A DNA stretch of 64,000 bases from contig CAWCKH010000004.1 in NCBI GenBank assembly GCA_963796055.1, positions 1,280,001 to 1,344,000 of the forward strand, written 5' to 3'. The notes beneath the pieces are model-generated. The model ran no database searches. It saw only the letters and a list, made by a program, of their open reading frames with translations, and had not been told where the DNA came from. The first letter of the stretch is position 1; the number at the start of each line of letters is the position of its first letter. This DNA comes from an uncultured delta proteobacterium (GTDB lineage Bacteria > Myxococcota > Myxococcia > Myxococcales > Myxococcaceae). The translations under genes were made by a program, and so were the position numbers. Shown here one piece after another: positions 38,750-49,815 of the stretch.

Positions 38750-39603
38750 CAGAGGTCCAGGGTCTCGTGAATCCCCAGCGCCTGGTACCGTAACAGGAGA
38801 TCCTTGGCCTTGAGCGCCGCAGCGAACTGCGCCGGCGTGCCGGTCAGGACGGGGAACGTGCCGTAGTGCATCGGCGCCACCTTGGCCGGCTGGGCCAGGG
38901 CCACGGCCTCCGCAGCGCGCTCCGGGCCCATGGTGAAGTGATCGCCGATGCAGGCGAGCATCAGGGTGATCCTCATCGAACGCAGCAGCTGCATGTCGGT
39001 GAACGCGTCGGTGTCACCGGTGTGGTAGATGGTCGGCCCGTTGCGAACGGCGATGACGAAGCCCATCGGGCTGCCGGCCGGGTAGGAGACGTCCCCGCCC
39101 TTCTCCTTGACGGTGAGCGTCGAGCCGTGAATGGCGTTGACGAAGGTGACCTTCACCTCCCCGTCGAAGAAGCTGATGGTCCCGCCGATGTTGCCCGCCG
39201 AGTCGAAGCCGAACCGGTCCGCGGGGAACCCGAGATAGCGCGCGTAGGCTTGCGCCTGGTCCAAGCTGGTCACCAGACGCGCCTTGGTTCGCTTGGCGAT
39301 CTCCACCGCGTCGCCGACGTGGTCGGAGTGGCCGTGCGACACCAGGATCAGGTCGACCTTCTTGAGGTCGGCGAGGTCCTGCTTCCCGCTGGGGTTGAGC
39401 GGGTTGGTGATCCACGGGTCGATGAGGAGGACCTTCCCTGACGGGGTGACGAGCTTGAAGGCGGCGTGGCCGTACCAGGTGAGGTGCGTCTTGGCCGCCC
39501 CGGCCACCTGGGGTGGCACGGAAGCCGATGCGTTCTGGGCAGTGGCAACGAAGGGAGTGCAGCAGAGCAGGACGACGAGGACGCGGGTCAGGTGTCGATT
39601 CAA
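38749..39603 (-). CDS. Exported metal-dependent hydrolase (metallo-beta-lactamase fold, UPF0173-like)
   Basis: TTG start with SD GGAGGGA, signal peptide, then WYGHAA, IDPW, HGHSDH, YHTGDT and PMHYGTF. Confidence 0.88.
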   Translation of the reverse strand: MNRHLTRVLVVLLCCTPFVATAQNASASVPPQVAGAAKTHLTWYGHAAFKLVTPSGKVLLIDPWITNPLNPSGKQDLADLKKVDLILVSHGHSDHVGDAVEIAKRTKARLVTSLDQAQAYARYLGFPADRFGFDSAGNIGGTISFFDGEVKVTFVNAIHGSTLTVKEKGGDVSYPAGSPMGFVIAVRNGPTIYHTGDTDAFTDMQLLRSMRITLMLACIGDHFTMGPERAAEAVALAQPAKVAPMHYGTFPVLTGTPAQFAAALKAKDLLLRYQALGIHETLDL

Positions 39604-39746
39604 GAGGCGATCCCTCCGGAGTCGGGTCGATGAAGGCTTGGGCCCGGCATAACAGACCCAGGCCACTCGACGCGCGCATCCCCCCGACATCCTGTTCCGC
39701 GAGGAACGCGGGGCGGGCGCCGGCTCATGGCCGAGACAATCCGCGA

Positions 39747-40670
39747 TCAGTCCCCGTGCTCGTGGGCGGCCTGCTCCGCGGTGCCCCCGGCCGCCTCGAG
39801 CGAGGTCCGGGCCTGCACGATGCGGTGAGGCTCCGGCCGCTGAAAGGCCTCCCGGGCGCCCACCCCCCGTGGCGTGGTCTGGGCGATGCGCTTGCGCGTC
39901 CGGGCGATCGCGCTCTGGACGATGTTCGGATCCGGGTGACGCTCGAGCGCCTGGACCCACGCCTGGATTGCCCCGGCGTCGTCCCCCGCCTCTCCGCGCA
40001 GCTTCCCCAGCTCGAACAGCGCATGGGGCGCCAGCTCCGACGCGGGAAACTTCTCCACCAGCGTCGCGTACGCAGTCATCGCCTCGCCGTGCATCCCCTC
40101 GCGCATCGAGAGTGACTGACCGACGATCATCCATCCGTCGTCCACCAGTGCGCTGGAGGGGAACTTCTGGATCAGCGTGCGGGCCTCGAGCTCGGACTGC
40201 TGGTAGTCGCCGAGCTCGAAGTAGAGCTTGGCCACCTGGTAGCGCAGATCCGGTGCCGTCGGCGGGTCGCGCGCCAGCGCGGCGGTGATCTCGGAGATGG
40301 CGCCCCGGAGGTCGCGGTAGTGGGCCTCGAGGATGCCGGCCAGCACCACATGGGCCTCGGCGGCCTCCGGCGCGTCCGGTGCCTGGGCCACGAGCTCCCT
40401 GTAGACGCTGACCGCCTTGGGGACGTCGTGCAGCTCGAGCCAGTAGACGTCCGCCGCGCCCCGCAGCGCCGCGGCCCGGATGTGCGCCGCCTCGGGTCCC
40501 TCGGATCTCTCCACCGTGTCCAGGGCCGCCCGGTACTCGCGCAGGGCGGCCTGTGGCTTCCGGGCGTAGACCAGCTCGCGGGCGCGGGTGAGGTGCTCCG
40601 GACCCGAGCGGAAGCAGCCGGCCGCGAGCGCGACCAGGAGCGCTACAGCGAGCAGGCGTACTTCACGCAC
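39747..40670 (-). CDS. TPR-repeat lipoprotein
   Basis: Lipobox-like AAGC. TPR helices (LVEKFPASELAPHALFELG). Start approximate. Confidence 0.8.
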   Translation of the reverse strand: MREVRLLAVALLVALAAGCFRSGPEHLTRARELVYARKPQAALREYRAALDTVERSEGPEAAHIRAAALRGAADVYWLELHDVPKAVSVYRELVAQAPDAPEAAEAHVVLAGILEAHYRDLRGAISEITAALARDPPTAPDLRYQVAKLYFELGDYQQSELEARTLIQKFPSSALVDDGWMIVGQSLSMREGMHGEAMTAYATLVEKFPASELAPHALFELGKLRGEAGDDAGAIQAWVQALERHPDPNIVQSAIARTRKRIAQTTPRGVGAREAFQRPEPHRIVQARTSLEAAGGTAEQAAHEHGD

Positions 40671-40939
40671 AGGGTTTGGTCGCACCGCACGCACGACTGC
40701 GTGGGCAGGTTCGGCTCGCCGGTGTCGGCACAGATGGCGAGATTTCCAGTCAGCGGACAGTCCTCGGGCCGCACGCAGCGAACCTGGCCTGCATCGAGGC
40801 CGGTCACGGCCGACACGGTCGCCTTGCACGGTCCGCCATCACATCCCAGGAGGAGGGCACCGGCAAGGATCGCACCCTGGACCACGCGGCGAGGACGCAC
40901 CGCGCGGCACTTGAGCACGAAGCGTGCGCCGTTCACCAC
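40643..40939 (-). CDS. Small Cys-rich lipoprotein
   Basis: LLLGC lipobox followed by 8 further Cys in about 63 residues. Start uncertain. Confidence 0.6.
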   Translation of the reverse strand: MVNGARFVLKCRAVRPRRVVQGAILAGALLLGCDGGPCKATVSAVTGLDAGQVRCVRPEDCPLTGNLAICADTGEPNLPTQSCVRCDQTLCVKYACSL

Positions 40940-40948
40940 AACGACGGG

Positions 40949-41320
40949 TCAGCGCTCGTCGATCGCGACGCTGGGACCCCCGACACCTGCGACGCCGTCG
41001 CCGGCGAGGGCCCATCCGCGCATGCGCCGCTTGCCACGGCCCTTCTCGGCCTGCTCCTCGAAGAGCCGGGCCATGTCCTGGAAGTGGGCATCTCCCACGC
41101 GGCAGGCGACCTCGGTGACCTGCTCGCGGCGGGCGGCGAGCTCGTTCCAGACGGTGAGCCGAGCCTCACCCGCGAGCAGGCGGGCCTCGACTGCATCCGC
41201 GGCCCGCTCGAGCGCCCGGCCCTCGGCGGCAAGGGCCTCGCGGCGTGCGCGCTCCTGGGCCGGCGAGATGCCGCAGCCGAGCGAGGTGGCGAGCACGAGG
41301 AGGATGGCGAGGGTCCGCAT
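40949..41320 (-). CDS. Hypothetical lipoprotein, coiled-coil
   Basis: MRTLAILLVLATSLGC lipobox, helical body (WNELAARREQVTEVAC). Confidence 0.75.
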   Translation of the reverse strand: MRTLAILLVLATSLGCGISPAQERARREALAAEGRALERAADAVEARLLAGEARLTVWNELAARREQVTEVACRVGDAHFQDMARLFEEQAEKGRGKRRMRGWALAGDGVAGVGGPSVAIDER

Positions 41321-41535
41321 GAGGTCGGCAGGTAAGCTAGAGGCCACCCTGGCCCTTCGCATCCCACCTTGTGTCCCGAGGTGGCAGGCATGTGACTCGA
41401 AACGTGCCGAACGTTGCGAACTGGACGACCAGAACGACGGGGTCCAGCTACTGAGATGCTAAAGCGCCGCGGTCGCAGGGGACCCACCCGTCAAGGTCCC
41501 CACCGAGGTGCGGCAATCACCGAGGTGCTCACCGC

Positions 41536-41654
41536 GGTGCCAGACACCTCGTTCCGACACCGCGTGACGACCGGTCCGCGCGAGTTCGCCGCGGAGGTGT
41601 CCACGCGGAGGTGTCTGACACCGCCGCCGGTCGAGGTGCCAGACACCTCGTTCC
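41536..41654. repeat. REP-like palindromic repeat cluster (GGTG[CT]CAGACACC)
   Basis: GGTGCCAGACACCTCGTTCC at 41536-41555 and 41635-41654. Inverted copy GAGGTGTCTGACACC at 41608-41622. Confidence 0.75.
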
Positions 41655-41937
41655 CGACCGCCCGTTCCGGTGTCGGGCCGCGCGGAACCGTTCCGCGGCT
41701 CGAGCTGACCGGGCCATTGGAACCCGGCACTTCCACGGGAACGTCGGCGCAGCGCGCCGAAAGTCACGACGCGGGCCGACGTGAACGACGCGGCGGAATT
41801 CGGCCGTCGTTTCAGTCCGGGGTGCTAAGCCTGCAGGGCGCTGAGGTCGGTCCCCTCGGGCGGCCGCTGGGCCGGCAAGGGAAAGCGCGGCGTGGTTGGG
41901 GGGACCGACCCCGCGCGATGTCGCCCGTTCGGCCTGC

Positions 41938-42684
41938 TCAGACCTTCGGGACCGCGCGGAGGATCGCCTTGCCGTCCTTCACGAACACCCGGTACTCGAC
42001 GTCACGCGCGTTGTGCCGCTGGAGCAGCTCGGGCACCTGCTTCTTCAAGCTGGCGACGACCGCGTCGAACGAGAGCCGCGCCGTGTCCTCGTTGCAGCGT
42101 CGCTTGGCCTCGACGTAGGCCCGGTACACGCTCCGCAGCCGGTTCTCGGACAGCGGATCCGGCGGCTGTGTCCCGGCGATGTGCACCACCGGCTCGGGGG
42201 GCGGAGGGGACGGTGCAGCGGGCTGCGCAGCCGGGACCTTCTTGCCCGGCGCGGGCGGCTGACCCGCCGCAGCCGGCGTCAGCGGGGGCGCCACCGGAAC
42301 CTGGGGGGCCGAGTTCTTCCGACGGCGCCGCGCCCGGTAGATATCGCGCCGGTAGGTGCCGGCCTCCATCTCCTGGAGCGTCCGGGCCCACAGCCTCTCG
42401 TACGTCGCCGCGGATGCCTGGAGCGACTCGATCCGGAAGGAGAGCCCGGAGTTCCGCGCCGGCACGGTCTTCAGCGCAGCGAGACGCTTCTTGAACTGAT
42501 CGTGTGCCCACGTCGGTGGGCGCTTCTCCGTCCCGAGGAAGAACTGCTCGTACTGCCCCCGGAGCGCATGGAGGAGCGCCTCCACCGAGTCCAGCTCCAG
42601 GGCGACCTCCGCCCAGCTCGACGCGGCGGCGGCCGCGCTCGCCTTTGCTTTGTCCTCGGGGCGCGTCGGGGGGGGCATCGCCAC
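41938..42684 (-). CDS. MXAN_5187 C-terminal-domain-like protein
   Basis: YEQFFLG.EKRPP...WARTLQEMEAGTYRRD, Pro-rich linker, then YVEAKRRCNE...VKDGKAILRA. Confidence 0.8.
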   Translation of the reverse strand: MAMPPPTRPEDKAKASAAAAASSWAEVALELDSVEALLHALRGQYEQFFLGTEKRPPTWAHDQFKKRLAALKTVPARNSGLSFRIESLQASAATYERLWARTLQEMEAGTYRRDIYRARRRRKNSAPQVPVAPPLTPAAAGQPPAPGKKVPAAQPAAPSPPPPEPVVHIAGTQPPDPLSENRLRSVYRAYVEAKRRCNEDTARLSFDAVVASLKKQVPELLQRHNARDVEYRVFVKDGKAILRAVPKV

Positions 42685-42771
42685 CCCCAGGATTTCAAGT
42701 CACCCGGACACCGCGCAAGTCGGCGCAGGTGGGCGGCCCACGCCCCGCACGCAGCGCCCCTGGCTCCGCCT

Positions 42772-44037
42772 TCAGGCCGGCTGGGCGCCCGACGCCGAGG
42801 GCAGGCTCCGGCTCGCGGCGGGCCGGCGGAGCAGGAGCGTCACCCCCAGTGCGAACATCACCAGCGAGATGAGCTGGCTGATGGAGACGTTCCACCAGGC
42901 GTCCAGCGGCACCTGCTCGATCAGCTTGTGCAGGGTGCCGCGCTCGAAGTCGCCCCGGAACAGCTCCACCGTGGTCCGGATGACCGCGTAGCCGATGAGG
43001 TACAGCGCGAGGATCTGCCCGTGGAAGCGGCGGTACCGGCGGGCGATCATCAGGGCGACGAACAGCAGCAGCTGGGCCAGCGACTCGTAGAGCTGGGTGG
43101 GGTGAATCGGCAGCGTCGTCCCGTGCTGATCCACCCAGTCCGAGATGCGGATCGCGCCCGGCACCGGATGATCGAAGACCTGCCCGGTGGACTCGATCAC
43201 CCACCGCCGCAGCTCCTGCGCCTGGCTGTCCCAGGCGATGGCCCCTGCGGTGTGGTGGCCGAAGAGGTCCAGCGCCTTCGAGACTCCCGGAAAGCGTACC
43301 GCCCACGGCACGTGAACCGAGGCCGGCTTTCCCCAGCAGCAACCGGCGGAGAAGCAGCCGAGCCGACCGAAGGCCTGGCCCAGCGCCACGGTGGGGGCGA
43401 TCACGTCCGCGAGCCGAAGGAAGGGGATCTTCCGCTCCCGGCAGAACCACCACACCGCCGCCGCCGCGCCGATGAAGCCGCCATAGAACACGAACCCACC
43501 ACCCAGGGCGCCGACAAGCCGCGACGGGTCGGAGAAGACGTGCCCCAGCCCGTCGAGGAAGTCCTTGGGGGTGACCAGGATGAAGAGGATCTTCGAACCG
43601 ACGAAGGCGCTGACCACCACCCACACCGCCAGGTCCATCACGTCGTTGCGCCGGCGAGCGCCCTCGACCCCACCCCACTCGCGCTGGGCGAGGCGGGCCG
43701 AGACCATGATCGCCGCCACGAACCCGCCCATCAGCATCAGCCCGTAGGTGTGCAGGGGGAAGCCCTCGCCCTTGCTCCCCAGGAAGGCGTTGGACGGCAG
43801 CGCGTAGTGGAGCCCGAAGTAGATCAGCACCGCGAAGACCACCCCGTAGATGGTCGCGCGCTGGCTCCGCTGCTGCCGGGTGGGCGGCAGCTCCTTGCCG
43901 GTCTTTCCGTCGATCGACCCGGGGGCGTTCCGCCACCCGGCCCAGATGCCGTAACCGAGGAGGACCACCGCGAGGACGTAGAGGACCGCCTGCGACAGCG
44001 GGGTGTCGAACCGGAGCTGGATCAGCGTGGGCAGCAC
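42772..44037 (-). CDS. lgt: Prolipoprotein diacylglyceryl transferase
   Basis: HTYG, GFVFYGG, GRLGCFSAGCCWG, HPTQLYES and ELFRGD. Follows lspA. Confidence 0.93.
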   Translation of the reverse strand: MLPTLIQLRFDTPLSQAVLYVLAVVLLGYGIWAGWRNAPGSIDGKTGKELPPTRQQRSQRATIYGVVFAVLIYFGLHYALPSNAFLGSKGEGFPLHTYGLMLMGGFVAAIMVSARLAQREWGGVEGARRRNDVMDLAVWVVVSAFVGSKILFILVTPKDFLDGLGHVFSDPSRLVGALGGGFVFYGGFIGAAAAVWWFCRERKIPFLRLADVIAPTVALGQAFGRLGCFSAGCCWGKPASVHVPWAVRFPGVSKALDLFGHHTAGAIAWDSQAQELRRWVIESTGQVFDHPVPGAIRISDWVDQHGTTLPIHPTQLYESLAQLLLFVALMIARRYRRFHGQILALYLIGYAVIRTTVELFRGDFERGTLHKLIEQVPLDAWWNVSISQLISLVMFALGVTLLLRRPAASRSLPSASGAQPA

Positions 44038-44054
44038 GGCGGAGCTTTTATCAC

Positions 44055-44719
44055 CTACGGCGCCGTCGCCGTCTTCCGCTCCCGGCGAACCATGCCATCG
44101 ATCAGCAGAAGGATGACCCCGACCACGATGGCGCTGTCGGCCACGTTGAAGGACGGCCAGGTGTACACGTCCTTCCAGTGCGCCTCGATGAAGTCGATGA
44201 CGAAGCCGCGCGCCAGCCGATCCACCCAGTTCCCGATCGCCCCGCCGAGCACCAGCGGCAGGCCGACCAGCGCCCAGCGCTCCTCCTTCGAGCCGCTCAG
44301 CCGCAGATAGTAGAGGGTGATCAGCACCACTGCACCGATGGACACCAGGTGAAAGAGCGGGCCGCGTGCACCCGGCGGGAGCCTGCGGAAGAGCCCGAAC
44401 GCCGCGCCGGGATTCTCCGCGTAGCGCAGCATCAGGAAGTCGTCGCTGAACACGATCGGTCGCTTCGGGCGGAAGTGCATCCCGTCCCACCCGGGAGCGG
44501 GGGCCGGACCGTACAGCGCCCGGAGCCGGGCCCCAACCGTGGGGAGCCCGTCGAAGCGCGTGGTGAGCACCGACACCATCTGGTACTTCACCCACTGGTC
44601 GAACAGGACCAGGACCAGCGCGCTGGCGTAGAGAATGACCAGCTTCCGGACCAGGGCCGGATCCCGTGCCAGCGCTCCGGGCGACCGGGGGGCGGCGACC
44701 TGCTCGACCCCGGGACCGG

Positions 44720-44723
<4 letters not shown>
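44055..44723 (-). CDS. lspA: Lipoprotein signal peptidase II
   Basis: DQWVK, NPGAAFG, GGAIGNWVDRL, VIDFI and WPSFNVADSAI. GTGA overlap with ileS. Confidence 0.93.
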
Positions 44724-47668
<2,945 letters not shown>

Positions 47669-47757
47669 GGCGTGACGAGAGGACCGCTCGGCTAGCACCC
47701 TCCGTCCCGCCGCGCAAACCCGTGTGCCGCAAGGGGTGCTAGGGTCCGCGGCCCGCC

Positions 47758-48738
47758 GTGGCCTCGCCGAGGAAACAGCGCACGAAGTCGCGAGACCGTC
47801 GACCGTCCCGACGCCCCGGGCCGGCGGACCGGCGGGTGGTGGCCATCCTCAGCCGCAAGCGCTCCCTCTACTCCACCCGGCGCATGGTGGAGTCCATCCG
47901 GGCCCGCGGCCACCGTCCGCTGGTGCTGGACACCCTGCGCTGTAACCTCGTGCTGACCTCCGGCGCGCCGCGGATGGTCTTCCGGGGAGTCGAGCTGCGC
48001 GGACTGGACGTGGTCATCCCCCGCATCGGCGCCTCCATCACCGGGTACGGGCTGGCGGTGGTCGAGCAGCTGGAGATGATGGGCGTCCCCGCCCTCAACA
48101 GCGCACAGGCAATCGCCCGGAGCCGGGACAAGCTGCGGTGCCTGCAGCTGCTCGCCCGTTCGGGGCTGCGGATCCCCCGGACGGTGATGGCCCGCGACGC
48201 GGGCAACGTGCCCCGGCTCGTCGACGAGGTGGGCGGCCTGCCGGCCATCGTGAAGCTGCTCCGTGGAACCCAGGGAGTGGGCGTGATGCTGGCCTCCACG
48301 ATTCCGGAGCTCCAGGGAATTCTCGACACCTTCCAGGGCCTCGGGCAGGAGATCGTCCTCCAGGAGTTCGTCGCCGAGTCACGCGGCCGTGACCTCCGCG
48401 CCCTGGTGGTGGGCGGCCGGGTGGTCGGGGCGATGCGCCGGCGTGCGAAGCGGGGGGAGTTCCGGAGCAACCTCCACCGCGGCGGACGCGGGCGACCGGT
48501 CGAGCTCGAGGCGGCGTACGTGGAGGCGGCGCTCCGGGCCACCTCGGTGGTCGGTCTCGAGGTGGCCGGCGTGGATCTTCTGGAGACGAAGGACGGCCCG
48601 ACCCTCCTGGAGGTGAACTCCAGTCCTGGCTTCGAGGGCCTGGAGCGAGCGACCGGGCTGGACGCCGCGGGCGCCATCGTCGAGCGCGCGCTGGCTCTGT
48701 CCCGCCCGCGAGATGTCGTGTCGCGTCGAGCGCTCTGA
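47758..48738 (+). CDS. RimK-family ATP-grasp alpha-L-glutamate ligase
   Basis: LYSTRR, IPRIGASIT.YG, SRDKLR, GTQGVGV, FRSNLHRGG and EVNSSPG.EG. Confidence 0.92.
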   Translation: MASPRKQRTKSRDRRPSRRPGPADRRVVAILSRKRSLYSTRRMVESIRARGHRPLVLDTLRCNLVLTSGAPRMVFRGVELRGLDVVIPRIGASITGYGLAVVEQLEMMGVPALNSAQAIARSRDKLRCLQLLARSGLRIPRTVMARDAGNVPRLVDEVGGLPAIVKLLRGTQGVGVMLASTIPELQGILDTFQGLGQEIVLQEFVAESRGRDLRALVVGGRVVGAMRRRAKRGEFRSNLHRGGRGRPVELEAAYVEAALRATSVVGLEVAGVDLLETKDGPTLLEVNSSPGFEGLERATGLDAAGAIVERALALSRPRDVVSRRAL

Positions 48739-48974
48739 GCCCGGACGTACGGCGCCCCTGCGCCGCTCCACGGCGTCCCCCTTGTGCGGGAGGCTGAGCC
48801 CGGACGCTGGCGCCCGGCGAGGCCAGTTCGCCATGCAGGCGAGCGTGGTGTGGAGTCTGGGTGTGCACTCCACAGCGCCCTGTCAGGGCAGCCTGGATGC
48901 TTGACGACGGGGCGTCGACGACACCGTTGTCGTCCATCGGCCGCGTTCTCTACAGTTCGGGTCACTCCGCCCGC

Positions 48975-49640
48975 ATGAGCCGATCGCCGAAGCAGAGTCC
49001 GGTGCTGGTGTACCAAGACGTGCTCTGCCCCTGGTCGTGGCTCGCAGAGCTGCGCCTCTCGCCGCTTCACCGCGAGCTGGCCGACGTCCTGCGATTCGTT
49101 CCCCGTCCATATCCGCTCCGTCCGATGGAGTCGCTGCCGACCGAGGACGAGGTCGCCCGAGCGGTCCGGGATCTCGAGTCGGCGGCAAAGGAGCGCGAGG
49201 CGCTGCCGCTTCGCCCCGATCTCTGGACGTCCGGTGACCCGCCGCGTTCGAGCGTCGAGCCGCTCGCCGCCCTCGAGGCCGCGCGGCTGCAGGGGGAAGC
49301 GGCCCGGCTCGAGCTCCAGCTCAGGCTCCGGCAGGCGGCGCTGGAGCAGGGGCTGAACGTCACCCGGCCGGACGTGGTGTTCGAGCTCGCCGCCCGTGCA
49401 GGCTTGCAGATGAACCGCTTCGCCGCCGCCTTCGGCTCGCCCCAGACCCGGCGGCTGATTCGCGAGGAGTACCGGCTGGCCCGTGGCCGGGGTGTTCGCC
49501 GCGTGCCGACCCTGGTGATCGCCAACCGGTGGATGATCTCCGGCCCGCGCGAGACGGGCGAGTACCGGGAGCTGCTCCTCGCCTGCGTGAGCAAGCTCGA
49601 GCGGGCGCGGACGCCGGCGCTCGAGCGGCTCGTGCACTGA
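48975..49640 (+). CDS. DsbA/FrnE-like thioredoxin-fold protein with CPWS motif
   Basis: YQDVLCPWSW, cis-Pro loop GVRRVPTLVI. Confidence 0.85.
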   Translation: MSRSPKQSPVLVYQDVLCPWSWLAELRLSPLHRELADVLRFVPRPYPLRPMESLPTEDEVARAVRDLESAAKEREALPLRPDLWTSGDPPRSSVEPLAALEAARLQGEAARLELQLRLRQAALEQGLNVTRPDVVFELAARAGLQMNRFAAAFGSPQTRRLIREEYRLARGRGVRRVPTLVIANRWMISGPRETGEYRELLLACVSKLERARTPALERLVH

Positions 49641-49815
49641 CCGACGGCGCCCGTCGGCGTTTCGGTCCTGCCCCGTCGACTGGACAACACGCACGCGGAG
49701 AGGCTCGGCGCGATCTGGTCACGACAGGACGATGGTCCGTGGGGAACGTGATGCCCGAGCGGGGCATCCCCGAGCAGGAGGCCGGTGACATGGCCGCCCA
49801 GCGCCACACCGCCCG

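Noticed and set aside
41536..41654. CRISPR array
   Set aside because: Only two 20-bp direct copies with a 79-bp interval containing an inverted copy, and no cas genes.
48735..48875. Direct repeat CTGAGCCCGGACG (two copies) and hairpin TGTGGAGT...ACTCCACA as an ncRNA or riboswitch
   Set aside because: Short, with no recognisable family consensus. Compatible with a terminator or a small local duplication.
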